From contig JANNQV010000027.1 of the NCBI GenBank assembly GCA_031400935.1, forward strand, positions 62,001 through 126,000: a stretch of DNA of 64,000 nt. Direction: 5' to 3'. The notes beneath the pieces were generated by a model. The model ran no database searches and had not been told where the DNA came from. It saw nothing but the letters and a program-made list of their open reading frames with translations. The position numbers and the translations under genes were made by a program. Of the stretch, positions 37,603-48,272 are shown in pieces (within the stretch, counting starts at the first letter, position 1; the number at the start of each line of letters is the position of its first letter). The DNA is from Armatimonadota bacterium (GTDB lineage: Bacteria; Armatimonadota; Fimbriimonadia; Fimbriimonadales; Fimbriimonadaceae).

Positions 37603-39675
37603 ATGCCTTCGCTTTTACTTAGCCTTGTCTTATTGACCGCCGTGCAACTCGAAATGCCAAAACCACCGATCGCCAAAAAGGTTCCACATGTAACTGAACT
37701 CCACGGAACCAAGCTTGTAGACAATTATCATTGGCTCAGAAACAAAGACTCGAAGGAAGTTCTTGACTTTTTGAATGGCGAAAATGCCTTTGCCGAAGCT
37801 ACGATGAAGTCATCCGAGGCGCTTCAAGGCATTCTTTATGGAGAGATGCTGGGCAGGATCAAGCAAACCGATCTCAGCGTCCCCAGGCCGGAAGGCGGAT
37901 TCCTTTATTACAACCGAACTGAAGAAGGTAAGCAATATTCGATTTATTGCCGGAAGAAAGGTGCTTCGGGCAAAGAAGAAATCCTGCTCGACGTAAACAA
38001 GCTCGCAGAAGGGCAAAAGTTCATGTCCGTTGCTTCGTTCAGCATTAGCGACAACGGAAACATGCTGGCCTATTCGACGGACAACACCGGATTTCGGCAA
38101 TACAAGCTTCATTTTCTGAACCTTGAAACAGGGAAACTGACTGAGAATGTGGCTGAACGAGTGGGCGGCGTAACTTGGGCGGCGGATAACCAGACTATCT
38201 TCTACAGCACCGAAGATGCGATTACAAAGCGATCCGACCGAATTTTTCGCATGAATCTCGGCGGCAAATCTGAGCAGATTTTTGAAGAGGAGGATGCGCT
38301 TTACAATTGCGGCATAAACAAATCGCTCGATAAGAAGTTCCTTTTCATCCAATCTTCGTGCTCAGAAAACGATGAAACTTGGTTTCTAGATTCTAGCAAA
38401 CCGACAGGAAAGTTTAAGCTGATCGAAAAACGACAAGGCGAATTGGAATACAACGTCGAGCATCGTGACGGCCTGTTTTACATTCGTACAAACAAGGACA
38501 ATAAAGACTTTGAGGTGATGACAACCTCAGTTGCAAAGTCTTCCAAGAGGAACTGGAAGCCTCTGATTCCGCCAATTCCGAGCGGGACAATCACCGGGAT
38601 GCTGGTTTTTAAAGATCACTTGATTTATAGCAAACGCGAAAACGGATTGCCTGGGCTGAGCGTCCATGATTTCAAAAACGGTAGGACTCGCGACATCCTC
38701 ACTGGCGAGCAAATCTACAGCATCGGCAATGGCGCCAACGCTGAGTTCGATACAGTCAACTTTCGCTTCAACTATTTCTCGCCGCTCACTTCTTCGACGG
38801 TTTATGAAATCAACCTCAACACTTTTGAATCGAAGGTACTGAAGCAAACTGAAGTTCCGGGAGGATATGACCCCAAGCTCTATGCTACGGAGCGAGTTTA
38901 TGCGACCGCCCCCGACGGAAACAAGGTTTCAATTGTATTGGTTTTCCGAAAAGACAAGAGATCGGCATCCGGCAATCCATGTATCCTGAATGGTTACGGT
39001 TCGTACGGCTCATCTGCCTCTTTTGGGTTCAACTCAAACATATTCAGTCTTCTTGACCGCGGCTTCGTCTGGGCGACAGCGCAGATTCGCGGTGGAGCCG
39101 ATATGGGAATTGCCTGGCATGACGATGGCAAGATGATGAAAAAACGGAACACATTTACCGACTTCATCGCTGCCGCCGATGAACTCGTGTTTTCTGGCAT
39201 TACGACTCGCGAAAAGTTGGCAATTTCGGGCGGTTCAGCGGGCGGATTGCTCGTCGGCGCAACGATTAACATGCGTCCAGATCTTTGCAAGGCCGCTATT
39301 CTCCATGTTCCGTTCGTTGACGTAATCAATACGATGAACGACGAGACAATGCCCTTGACGGTCGGCGAATTTTTGGAATGGGGCAATCCGAAGAAGGAAA
39401 CTGAGTTCAAATATATGCTGAGCTACTCGCCTTATGAGAATATTCGGAACACAGCGTATCCGGACTTTTTGGTTAAGACGAGCTACAATGACAGCCAAGT
39501 TATGTATTGGGAGCCTGCCAAATATGTCGCTCGAATGCGAGAGGTCGGCAAGTCTTCCAGCCTCATTTTCAAGACAAATATGGCTGGCGGGCACGGCGGT
39601 TCCAGCGGGCGATTTGATGCTCTGCGAGAGCGAGCGTTTGATTTTGCTTGGCTTGTTCTGAAGCTTGGGGGTTAG
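37603..39675 (+). CDS. ptrB: Oligopeptidase B (S9A)
   Basis: DNYHWLR, GYGSYG, IRGG.DMG..W, GGSAGGLL, EFLEWGNP, NDSQV.YWEPAKYVA, GHGGSSGR. Confidence 0.95.
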   Translation: MPSLLLSLVLLTAVQLEMPKPPIAKKVPHVTELHGTKLVDNYHWLRNKDSKEVLDFLNGENAFAEATMKSSEALQGILYGEMLGRIKQTDLSVPRPEGGFLYYNRTEEGKQYSIYCRKKGASGKEEILLDVNKLAEGQKFMSVASFSISDNGNMLAYSTDNTGFRQYKLHFLNLETGKLTENVAERVGGVTWAADNQTIFYSTEDAITKRSDRIFRMNLGGKSEQIFEEEDALYNCGINKSLDKKFLFIQSSCSENDETWFLDSSKPTGKFKLIEKRQGELEYNVEHRDGLFYIRTNKDNKDFEVMTTSVAKSSKRNWKPLIPPIPSGTITGMLVFKDHLIYSKRENGLPGLSVHDFKNGRTRDILTGEQIYSIGNGANAEFDTVNFRFNYFSPLTSSTVYEINLNTFESKVLKQTEVPGGYDPKLYATERVYATAPDGNKVSIVLVFRKDKRSASGNPCILNGYGSYGSSASFGFNSNIFSLLDRGFVWATAQIRGGADMGIAWHDDGKMMKKRNTFTDFIAAADELVFSGITTREKLAISGGSAGGLLVGATINMRPDLCKAAILHVPFVDVINTMNDETMPLTVGEFLEWGNPKKETEFKYMLSYSPYENIRNTAYPDFLVKTSYNDSQVMYWEPAKYVARMREVGKSSSLIFKTNMAGGHGGSSGRFDALRERAFDFAWLVLKLGG

Positions 39676-39764
39676 AGCAAAAGAAGCTCGGGAGTCCCGC
39701 CCGCTTCCGTGCCGAATAGCGTCTCGCTATTCTGTCGTTCGTACCAAAATAGGATTGAAAAATT

Positions 39765-39841
39765 TGGTCGGGGCGACAGGATTTGAACCTGCGACCTCCT
39801 GCACCCCATGCAGGCGCGCTACCAAGCTGCGCCACGCCCCG
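39765..39841 (-). tRNA. tRNA-Pro(GGG)
   Basis: Reverse complement CGGGGCGTGGCGCAGCTTGGTAGCGCGCCTGCAT-GGG-GTGCAGGAGGTCGCAGGTTCAAATCCTGTCGCCCCGACCA. Confidence 0.97.
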
Positions 39842-39948
39842 AAACCACCAGACAATTATACTTTGAACCTGTCAATGGATGAACGTGCAAAATAAGCCCT
39901 TTTAGTCCAAAAGGTCGTATCTGTCCGATTACCCCAACCCAATTTCCC

Positions 39949-40653
39949 TTATTCTTCCCTTGTCCGGGTCGTTAGCCGTTCGATCCTCTTCTCAAAGTTT
40001 GCACCTTGGATCAATCGGTTCACATAGATACTCGGCGTGTGGATGCAATCGGGGTCAAGTTCGCCCAGCGGAACGATTTTTTCAACCTCTGCCACACAAA
40101 CTTTGCCAGCCGTTGCCATCATCGGGTTAAAGTTTCTAGCAGTTCTCCGGTAAATCAGATTGCCAGTTTCGTCGGCTTTCCAAGCCTTAACGATACTTAG
40201 GTCTGCTACAAGTGCAGATTCCATCACGTACCACTCGCCATCAAATTGGCGAGTTTCTTTTCCTTCGGCAATCATGGTCCCATATCCCGTTTTTGTAAAG
40301 AAAGCTGGAATTCCTGCACCGCCCGCTCGAATTCTCTCGGCAAGTGTTCCTTGGGGATTGAATTCCAATTCAAGTTCCCCGCCAAGATACTGCCGCTCGA
40401 ATTCTGCGTTTTCACCAACATACGAAGAGACCATTTTCTTAATCTGCCGAGTTTGCAAAAGCGGCCCCATTCCAAAATCATCAACCCCGCAATTGTTGCT
40501 TATGACAGTGATATTTGTAACTCCTGAGTCGCGAAGGGCATAAATCAGGTGCTCAGGAATACCGCAGAGCCCAAACCCTCCCGACATGATCGTCATACCG
40601 TCAAAAAGCAAACCATCAAGAGCCGACTTCGCATCCGAATAAACCTTGTTCAT
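39949..40653 (-). CDS. scoA: 3-oxoacid CoA-transferase subunit A
   Basis: [49 protein letters not shown]. Confidence 0.93.
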   Translation of the reverse strand: MNKVYSDAKSALDGLLFDGMTIMSGGFGLCGIPEHLIYALRDSGVTNITVISNNCGVDDFGMGPLLQTRQIKKMVSSYVGENAEFERQYLGGELELEFNPQGTLAERIRAGGAGIPAFFTKTGYGTMIAEGKETRQFDGEWYVMESALVADLSIVKAWKADETGNLIYRRTARNFNPMMATAGKVCVAEVEKIVPLGELDPDCIHTPSIYVNRLIQGANFEKRIERLTTRTREE

Positions 40654-40713
40654 ATTGAGCCTTTCTCATTTGAAAAGGTACCTAAGCGTGATGATCTGTT
40701 GCTAACGGCATGC

Positions 40714-40741
40714 AAAAAATGAGGAGCGAAATCGCTCCTCA
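40714..40741 (-). terminator. Intrinsic terminator-like hairpin upstream of scoA
   Basis: Minus strand TGAGGAGCGA-tt-TCGCTCCTCA-TTTTTT. Confidence 0.7.
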
Positions 40742-40855
40742 AATGGACTGACAAAGAAACTGGCCTCCTTTCAAATGGTGAAGCCTTCAATTGTAAGAAA
40801 GCTAAACCTCCAAAATTGTTCCCAGCGGATCTCAATTTCTTTGGATTTGTAGACT

Positions 40856-40894
40856 CTTTATCTTGTCTTAATTCTTCGATAATGGCTTCTTAAT
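40856..40894 (+). promoter_or_regulatory. Pho-box-like 11-bp periodic array upstream of the pilin-like gene
   Basis: CTTTAT (40856), CTTAAT (40867), GATAAT (40878), CTTAAT (40889). Confidence 0.5.
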
Positions 40895-40930
40895 CTCAAA
40901 GCCTCAAATTGAGTCGTTACCGGAGGATTA

Positions 40931-41902
40931 ATGTTAAAACGAGCTTTCACACTCATCGAACTTCTAGTCGTCATTGCGATCATTGCGATCCTTGCCGCCA
41001 TCCTTTTCCCTGTTTTTGCCCAAGCAAAAGAGGCTGCCAAGAAGACAGCTTGCTTGAGCAATTCCAAGCAGCTCGGCCTTGCGCTCATGCAATACAACGC
41101 CGACTTTGATGACATGAATCCGATGGCCTATTACTATAAGAACAACACGGCCACGGCCAACGGAGGCTCCGCCGGTGGGTACGTAACCTGGACAGTTCTG
41201 TTCCAGCCGTACATCAAGAACTCCGACATGTTCGTCTGCCCGTCGGATCGAAACAAGGGCCTTCCCCCAGATAACGCACCGTGCAACCCGTTCACCGACA
41301 CGTCGACGCTGGGCTGCGAAGCGCAGGTTCCTCGGCTGTCCTACATCCCCAACTCGGCGATCATGCCCCGCAAGCGCGGCCCCTCAGATGCCCCGAACAC
41401 GATCTCCGCAACCGTTCTCGATGCGCCCGCCGACACGATCGCTTTGGCGGAAATGACCAACCACCAGAACTGCATCTTCTTGGCTTCCACGGGCCAAGGC
41501 AACCCCGAGCGACGCAACAAATCCCACCGACCCGTCAATGCGATCATGCGAAACGTGACGGGCGGGCAATGGGCGGGCCAGAGCGTCGCCGATGCGACCG
41601 GACCGATCTACGCGATCACCAAGGCCGCGGCCGAAGGCCCCGATGGCTGGGGCGGTCCGTCCGATTCGGGCAGTGTCACAAACACCGCTGGATGCCGCGG
41701 CACCGCAGCCGACAGCGGCTTTCACATCCGGTTCATGGAACCCGCGCGACACTCGGGCGGCTCCAACTACACGTTCTCGGACGGCCACTCAAAGTACAAC
41801 AAGTTCGACGCCACGATCAATCCGAACAAGTTCCTCTGGGGCACGACTTACTACCCCACGGGCCAAGTGGTCCTCGACCAAAACGGTATCCAGGTTCGCT
41901 AA
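40931..41902 (+). CDS. Prepilin-type N-terminal cleavage/methylation protein with DUF1559-like region and H-X9-DG motif
   Basis: [69 protein letters not shown]. Confidence 0.92.
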   Translation: MLKRAFTLIELLVVIAIIAILAAILFPVFAQAKEAAKKTACLSNSKQLGLALMQYNADFDDMNPMAYYYKNNTATANGGSAGGYVTWTVLFQPYIKNSDMFVCPSDRNKGLPPDNAPCNPFTDTSTLGCEAQVPRLSYIPNSAIMPRKRGPSDAPNTISATVLDAPADTIALAEMTNHQNCIFLASTGQGNPERRNKSHRPVNAIMRNVTGGQWAGQSVADATGPIYAITKAAAEGPDGWGGPSDSGSVTNTAGCRGTAADSGFHIRFMEPARHSGGSNYTFSDGHSKYNKFDATINPNKFLWGTTYYPTGQVVLDQNGIQVR

Positions 41903-41920
41903 CGGACTAAACGTTGATGC

Positions 41921-41960
41921 CCCCTCCTTCGGCCATCATGCTGAAGGAGGGCCCTTTTTC
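41921..41960 (+). terminator. Intrinsic terminator
   Basis: CCCTCCTTCGGC-catcat-GCTGAAGGAGGG followed by TTTTT. Confidence 0.75.
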
Positions 41961-42446
41961 TTCTCTTCGATTTATGTCCAGCAGGGTCAGGCTCATTTGC
42001 AGCCGTCTGGTGATGATTCTTGTTTGGTCCGACGCCACCGCATCATGATGTTGACAGTTGGAGTACACATCTTTGCTCTCACAAGACGGTTGCCGCGGCC
42101 AAGCAATCTGGCAATTCTCCCCGTAGGTTGAGTTGTCGAGGCTCGGCTCAACCACTAATCATCGTATAGCCGGCGGTTCGCATCTTTCGGAGCCCTCAAC
42201 TCTACAAGATAGCCTATTGCATTCCCAGCATTGCGCCGTCACTACTGTTAGATCAACTGCACGTTGATCCCCTGGTTAAGGGAAAGGTTAGCGATGCTAG
42301 CTCAAGCTTCAATCGCACCCAGAACTTCAATGATCCGATCTTCCAAGTACTTCTTTCCTGTTGTCAATTCTGTCTGCCATTTTGGAGCCTTAACCCATGT
42401 TCTTAGGGTGGAGAGATTATTGGGAACCTGTTAACAACTGATCAGA

Positions 42447-42485
42447 CTTAACGAATCCTTAACTAGCAAATAATCAGTTCTTAAC
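42447..42485 (+). promoter_or_regulatory. Pho-box-like tandem repeats upstream of porin-pstSCAB
   Basis: CTTAAC at 42447, 42458 and 42480, AATAAT at 42469: exact 11-bp spacing. Confidence 0.7.
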
Positions 42486-42549
42486 ATTAGGTCGCCATTA
42501 TCAATTCAGCTTAATGGTGCCGTTAAACGTGATGGTGCAAACAGGATGA

Positions 42550-44028
42550 GTGTTTATGCGTAGATGGATTGACTTAACTGCTGCCGTTTTGGTTGGCCTG
42601 CCTTGTATCGCTTTTGGACAAAATGCAGAAGTTCCTAAGACTCAGCCAGTCCAAGAGCAGACTGCAGTTTCCGCTTCTGGCCAAAAACCGATTGAGCAAA
42701 GCAAGAGACGAGCTACAGAAGCTGAAAAACTTGCAATGCTGAGAAAACTTGATGCTAAGTCAAAGGAAATGGACACCCTGAAGCAGAAGGCAGACGATGT
42801 GACAAAGGCAATGGCCAAGACCGTCGCACAGGGAAATGTCGGAACTACGCAACAGGGTGTTCAGGCACTCCGCGAACTGATTGACCAACTCGACCAAATT
42901 CAAGATGCACTTCAAAAAATCCATGAGGAGATTGAAGGCATCAAAGGTTGGATTGAAGGTCAAAACGAAGCTTTGCCAATTATGGCGAACGATATTTTGG
43001 ACTTGAAGCGAAACAAGTGGGGCAATTACATTCAGTTCCAATATCGAGACACTGATCAATCCGGCGGCGCAAGCGACGCGTTTTCACTTCGAAGAGCTCG
43101 ACTTGGACTTACTCAGCAAATAGACTCGCGAACAGTGTTGCGTGTTAGCTTTGATGTAGCTACTGGCACAACAACAAATACCCCTCAGATGCGCGACGCT
43201 TACGTTCGTTGGGATTTGGAACCATCTCTAGAAAAAGTGGGAACTGAAGTCTTTATGGGCCAATTGCCATTGATGCTTGGCTATGAGCTTGAAAGGTCGT
43301 CTGGTGACCGTGAGTTTCCTGAGCGAACGCTTTACAACAGAACACTCTTTGCCGGAGAAAGAAGTCGAGGGATCAACATCAAGCATGGACTGAGCGACAC
43401 AGCCTTTGTTCATATTGGTGGATGGAATGCTCTGACTTGGGACGACCTAGAGCAAAGGACGGTAGCTCCTGGTCCCGGAAGCCGCCTCGCTATGTCAGGT
43501 GGCGCTCGAACATATGGTACGAACTGGGAACTTGGCATTTCGGGATTCTTTGGCGAACGTCCTTCTGTTTCAACAACGAGAGTAGTCAGCAGCGTAACGG
43601 AAACGATCGTTCACCCTGCAGTAGATCGAGAGATAATTTACGTTGATGGAACGTACGTGGGATTGATTGATCCAAAGCTCTTTGTCAAGTTTGAACTGAT
43701 GACTGGAAAGGATCGGATTCCCATCGCTCCTGGCTTGAATCAGAGTATTTCAGCTCCGCGAGGCAGGGTCAATGTTTCAGGCAACCAAGTTCATTTGGGT
43801 TACAACATCAACAATCGGAACCAGATAAATGTTCGAAGAGAGGAGTGGGATCCAAATACAGATGTTGATGGAAATGTTGTAAATACGTGGGCAGCAGCTT
43901 ATTCGTATTTCATCAATCCTAATGCCCGAGTTACAGCTTCTCATGAATGGATCACAGACCCTTCTCGAGCAGGCATTGGCCAAATCAAATACAACATCAC
44001 AACTTTGCGAGTGATCTTCAAGTTTTAA
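42550..44028 (+). CDS. Phosphate-selective porin-like (OprO/P-like) outer-membrane protein with N-terminal coiled coil
   Basis: GNYIQFQY...FSLRRARLG...MRDAYV...GQLPLMLGYE..RSS....FPER; C-terminal Phe; first gene of pst operon. Confidence 0.75.
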   Translation: MFMRRWIDLTAAVLVGLPCIAFGQNAEVPKTQPVQEQTAVSASGQKPIEQSKRRATEAEKLAMLRKLDAKSKEMDTLKQKADDVTKAMAKTVAQGNVGTTQQGVQALRELIDQLDQIQDALQKIHEEIEGIKGWIEGQNEALPIMANDILDLKRNKWGNYIQFQYRDTDQSGGASDAFSLRRARLGLTQQIDSRTVLRVSFDVATGTTTNTPQMRDAYVRWDLEPSLEKVGTEVFMGQLPLMLGYELERSSGDREFPERTLYNRTLFAGERSRGINIKHGLSDTAFVHIGGWNALTWDDLEQRTVAPGPGSRLAMSGGARTYGTNWELGISGFFGERPSVSTTRVVSSVTETIVHPAVDREIIYVDGTYVGLIDPKLFVKFELMTGKDRIPIAPGLNQSISAPRGRVNVSGNQVHLGYNINNRNQINVRREEWDPNTDVDGNVVNTWAAAYSYFINPNARVTASHEWITDPSRAGIGQIKYNITTLRVIFKF

Positions 44029-44050
44029 GTTATTTAAAGGAGTACGTGAA

Positions 44051-44884
44051 ATGAAATTGAATACAAAACTAATATTGAGTGCGCTTGGAGTGCTTGTGAT
44101 TTCAGCTGGAGTTCTTGCTTATCAACGCCAAGTTTCAGTGAAAGGTTCAGATACTCTTTTAGTCCTAAACCAAGCTTGGGCAGAGGCATTTGGCAAAAAA
44201 GGTGGCTCGATTGCTGTGTCAGGCGGTGGATCTTCAATAGGGATAAACGCATTTATCAATGGCGTTACCGATATCTGTGCAAGTTCGAGAAAGATTCGAA
44301 AGAGCGAAATTGACAGAGCCAGAAGTAGGGGTTCACTCGTGAACGAGATTCCTGTTGCATTAGACGGACTAGCGATCATTGTGAACTCGAGTAACAGTAT
44401 TGAGTCGCTGACTATGGATGATCTGCGAAAAATCTACGTTGGTCAGTTCACGAATTGGAAGCAAGTGGGCGGTTCCGATATGCCAATCGTTCCATTCAGT
44501 CGAGACTCAAACTCCGGAACGTACGGCTTTTTCCAAGAGAATGTGCTTAAGAACCAAAACTGGGGCGCAAGCGTTCGGTTTATGCCTTCGACAAGTGAGG
44601 AGGCCAGAGAGGTCGCACGAACAGGAGGCGGTATTGCATACGGTGGTGTTGCTTACTTCAAAGGCAAGGGAATCAGAATAGTTCCAGTTGCCAAAGCCAA
44701 CGGACAGCCTGCAATTTCTCCTAGCGAAGCAAATGTTCGCAATCGCAGCTATCCAATTTGGAGATTCTTGTACTACTACACAAACGGCAAACCATCGGGC
44801 GAATCAAAGAAATTCATAGACTTTGCTCTCAGCGCAGAAGGACAAGCTATCGTTGAAAAAGTTGGTTACTATTCAGTCAAATAA
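44051..44884 (+). CDS. pstS: Phosphate-binding protein
   Basis: KGSDT, GGGSSIGI, ASSR, VALDGLAIIVN, SRDSNSGTYGFF, YPIWRFLYYY. Confidence 0.95.
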   Translation: MKLNTKLILSALGVLVISAGVLAYQRQVSVKGSDTLLVLNQAWAEAFGKKGGSIAVSGGGSSIGINAFINGVTDICASSRKIRKSEIDRARSRGSLVNEIPVALDGLAIIVNSSNSIESLTMDDLRKIYVGQFTNWKQVGGSDMPIVPFSRDSNSGTYGFFQENVLKNQNWGASVRFMPSTSEEAREVARTGGGIAYGGVAYFKGKGIRIVPVAKANGQPAISPSEANVRNRSYPIWRFLYYYTNGKPSGESKKFIDFALSAEGQAIVEKVGYYSVK

Positions 44885-44959
44885 GTACGAATTGACGCGC
44901 CATAGCTCCCCCATAGGATGTGGGGGAGTGTTTGGTATGTGAGATCCGACGCCCTGCGA

Positions 44960-46441
44960 ATGAGAAAGTTAAGACTACTAGATCGCGGAATGGAAGCTCT
45001 TGTTTATATAGCAGGAGCCCTTATCGTGCTTGTTGTTGCAGCTATTTTCTACTATTTGGTTCACGAATCTCGGCCAGCATTTGACAGAAAGTTCACATAC
45101 GGATTTCTATTTGCACTGCAGCCTTCAGAGGGCGAGTTCGAAAAGGATTTGTCCTACGATCCAAATGCTTCGATACTCACCTGCAATTGGGAAGGTGATG
45201 ATGCACTTGATTCAAAGGAAGAGGGGCTTCCATTAGGAACTCTTGACTCATTTAAGGGCATTTCATCGCTTGTAACGGTTGCTGCAAATGGTGGCTCGAA
45301 TGGGAGTCAGGCCGCAGGCAATCTGTACCGAGACGAGTGGAAAGGCCCCCAGAAAGCTGAAACTGCACACGATTTTGTTCTCTACGCATTCGCGACACCC
45401 GAATACAAATCCAAAACAATGTTCTTGGCTTGGGATGTTCACACTGGCTCAAATCCGTCCGCCTTGCCATACAATCTAAAATTGGAACTTGTCGGCAAAC
45501 CAGCCGGTGCCGATCTAGATTTTGCAAGTATTGATTTAAAATTAAATCCTAAGGGCAGAATCAAGATTCCCACCTTTATTGCAGCTACGGAATCTGATCG
45601 AATAAAGGGCTACCGATTTCGTATATCGGCAAAATCGGTTTCTGGAACCCTTGCCGCAACTCTGAGAAACTTCTTTTCAACCGTTTGGGGGCCGACTATT
45701 GCCCACCCAAGCTACGGCATGATTCCACTGTTGCTAAGCACGATGTTGATCACATTTGTTGCCGTTGCTCTTGCCTCGCCAATTGCCATTGCTTCCGCTG
45801 TCTATTTGGCGGAAATTGCACCCACCAGATTGAGAGAAATTTTGAAGCCATTGATCGAAATGCTTGCAAGTGTTCCAACTATAGTGTTAGGTTATTTCGG
45901 TTTGATGCTTTTGGCGCCAATTGTTCAAAAGACAATCGCCCAGCCTTTGGGATTAGATTCTGGAAGGTGCCTCTTGACGGCAGCACTGATTATGGCAGTG
46001 CTGATAATTCCAACAATACTTACGCTTTCTGAAGACGCACTTCGATCCGTTCCAGATTACATGAGAAGTGGTGGTGAGGCGCTAGGGCTTACTCGAAAGG
46101 AAACCCTTCGAAAGGTGATCTTGCCAGCAGCAAAGGCTGGAATCATCTCCGCAATCATGTTGGGGGTCGCACGTGCACTGGGTGAGACAATGATCGTATG
46201 GGTCTTAAGTGGCGGCACACCCAAAATGCCGATTGCTTCAAGCCTAACAGAAGCTGCAAAGTCAATGGTACAGCCGACTCGAGGAATCCCCGACACGATT
46301 GGAATCGAGATGGGGAACGTCACATTTGGCGAACAGCATTACGGCCATCTGTTTTTGCTGGGGTTAGTTTTGTTTGTACTTACACTATTACTCAATTTGA
46401 CGGCTTTTAAGTTTGCTAGGAGGCACGAATGGCGTCACTAG
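44960..46441 (+). CDS. pstC: Phosphate ABC permease with large extracytoplasmic insert
   Basis: YG.IPLL..T, AVYLAEIAP, KPLIEMLASVPTIVLG, SEDALRSVP, GVARALGETMIV. Confidence 0.93.
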   Translation: MRKLRLLDRGMEALVYIAGALIVLVVAAIFYYLVHESRPAFDRKFTYGFLFALQPSEGEFEKDLSYDPNASILTCNWEGDDALDSKEEGLPLGTLDSFKGISSLVTVAANGGSNGSQAAGNLYRDEWKGPQKAETAHDFVLYAFATPEYKSKTMFLAWDVHTGSNPSALPYNLKLELVGKPAGADLDFASIDLKLNPKGRIKIPTFIAATESDRIKGYRFRISAKSVSGTLAATLRNFFSTVWGPTIAHPSYGMIPLLLSTMLITFVAVALASPIAIASAVYLAEIAPTRLREILKPLIEMLASVPTIVLGYFGLMLLAPIVQKTIAQPLGLDSGRCLLTAALIMAVLIIPTILTLSEDALRSVPDYMRSGGEALGLTRKETLRKVILPAAKAGIISAIMLGVARALGETMIVWVLSGGTPKMPIASSLTEAAKSMVQPTRGIPDTIGIEMGNVTFGEQHYGHLFLLGLVLFVLTLLLNLTAFKFARRHEWRH

Positions 46442-47346
46442 CCAAAATTGTAATTCCTAATGAAAAGGCACTAACTACACGAGATAATTCTCGTGAAAGC
46501 AGAAGCCGCATCAGTAGCTATTCATTGGCACTCGTTACGTTTTTGACGGCATTGCTGATAGTGGGAATCATAGGAACTATTGTTTGGAAAGGGGCTCCAT
46601 CCTTGACCTGGGAGTTTCTTTCGCAATCACCGAAGGCAAACATGAGTGCAGGTGGAATATGGCCAATGATTCGTGGTTCGTTGCTGTTGATGGGTGGTAC
46701 ATTGCTCGCTGTGTTGCCAGCAGGAATTCTTGGTGGCATTTTCCTTGCCGAATATGCAGGTCGCGGACGCCTTGCTCGACTCATGCATGCATGCGTGACT
46801 AGTCTGGCGGGCACGCCTTCGATTGTCTTTGGCTTGTTTGGATTGGCCGTATTTGTGCTGCTTCTGAAATGGAAGTTTTGCCTCTTGGCAGGATGGCTCA
46901 CGCTAGCTGTATTTTCCCTACCTACTGTTGTGTTGACTACAGAAACAGCAATTCGATCAGTTCCAGATTCATTGATTGAGGGTGCTTTGAGCTTAGGGCT
47001 TTCTAAATGGCAGACCATGTGGAAAGTAGTACTCCCAAATGCTATGCCAGGAATTCTCTCTGGACTAATTCTAACCACTGGACGGGCTGCCGGAGAAGCC
47101 CCACCAATCCTGTTGACCGCGGGAATCTATTACTCTACATCGAAATTCGAACTGAATAGCGGGATGCTATTCCAGCCGATTGAAAACCTGCCTTATCACC
47201 TGGCAGAGGGGTATCGGCAAGGCGGTGTAATTCCAGACCGAATTGTTTGGGGAACCTGCCTTTCACTTATGCTTTTTGTCTTGCTCCTGAATATAGGAGC
47301 AGTAATCTTTAGATCGAGGATGCGATGGAAACAACTGCAACATTAG
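46429..47346 (+). CDS. pstA: Phosphate ABC permease
   Basis: [47 protein letters not shown]. Confidence 0.94.
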   Translation: MASLAKIVIPNEKALTTRDNSRESRSRISSYSLALVTFLTALLIVGIIGTIVWKGAPSLTWEFLSQSPKANMSAGGIWPMIRGSLLLMGGTLLAVLPAGILGGIFLAEYAGRGRLARLMHACVTSLAGTPSIVFGLFGLAVFVLLLKWKFCLLAGWLTLAVFSLPTVVLTTETAIRSVPDSLIEGALSLGLSKWQTMWKVVLPNAMPGILSGLILTTGRAAGEAPPILLTAGIYYSTSKFELNSGMLFQPIENLPYHLAEGYRQGGVIPDRIVWGTCLSLMLFVLLLNIGAVIFRSRMRWKQLQH

Positions 47347-48137
47347 AAGGATCAATCAGTGAGACTCATATGAGCGCCAAAATGCCAATTGTTCATGTCC
47401 GGCAACTTTCGGTTTCGTATGGCGGTGTAAAAGCTCTAAAGGAAATCAGTATAGATATTCCTAAGAACGCCGTGACCAGCCTCATTGGACCGTCGGGCTG
47501 CGGGAAATCCACGTTTTTGCGGACTCTGAACCGAATGAACGACCGAATTACCGGATTTCGATGCGATGGTACAGTGGAAGTCGCTGGTGTGAATGTGTAC
47601 GCCAAAAAGGTGGACATGCTATCACTGAGAAGACGGGTCGGCATGGTTTTCCAAAAAGCAAATCCTTTTCCAATGTCGGTTTATGAAAATGTAGCAATTG
47701 GCCCGAAAATGCACTATGGAACAAAGGGAGCAGAATTGGACCAGATCGTTGAGGATTCTCTTCGGGCGGCAGCCATTTGGAATGAAGTCAAGGACGATTA
47801 CAAAAGGAAGTCGGGACTATCACTCTCCGGTGGGCAACAGCAGCGCCTTTGCATTGCCAGAATGCTGGCTGTTCGTCCTGAAGTGATCCTGATGGATGAG
47901 CCGTGTTCAGCACTAGATCCAGTTTCAACAGCGAAAATTGAGGACCTTGTCATCGAACTAAAGGCAGATCATACAGTCGTCATCGTTACGCACAACCTGC
48001 AGCAAGCTGAGAGGATTTCCGACCAAACTGCCTTTTTCATGTTCGGCGAGCTAGTGGAATATGCCAAGAGCGACATCCTTTTCAATGATGCAGCTCGGCG
48101 TGAAACGCAAGATTACGTTTCTGGAAGATTCGGATAA
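47325..48137 (+). CDS. pstB: Phosphate ABC ATPase
   Basis: [61 protein letters not shown]. Confidence 0.97.
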   Translation: METTATLEGSISETHMSAKMPIVHVRQLSVSYGGVKALKEISIDIPKNAVTSLIGPSGCGKSTFLRTLNRMNDRITGFRCDGTVEVAGVNVYAKKVDMLSLRRRVGMVFQKANPFPMSVYENVAIGPKMHYGTKGAELDQIVEDSLRAAAIWNEVKDDYKRKSGLSLSGGQQQRLCIARMLAVRPEVILMDEPCSALDPVSTAKIEDLVIELKADHTVVIVTHNLQQAERISDQTAFFMFGELVEYAKSDILFNDAARRETQDYVSGRFG

Positions 48138-48251
48138 TTCCAACGACCAGAAGCTATCTTGAATCTAAACGGATGGCAATGGGGAAAGCAAGCCTACACA
48201 GCTGGTGGTGGAGCAAACTACAAACCAGGCACGACAATCAACGTGGAATAA
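48138..48251 (+). pseudogene. C-terminal remnant of a prepilin/H-X9-DG family gene
   Basis: FQRPEAILNLNGWQWGKQAYTAGGGANYKPGTTINVE* aligns with the end of the 40931 protein ([20 protein letters not shown]...). Confidence 0.55.
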
Positions 48252-48272
48252 TTTCACTTGGGTTAGAACCTT

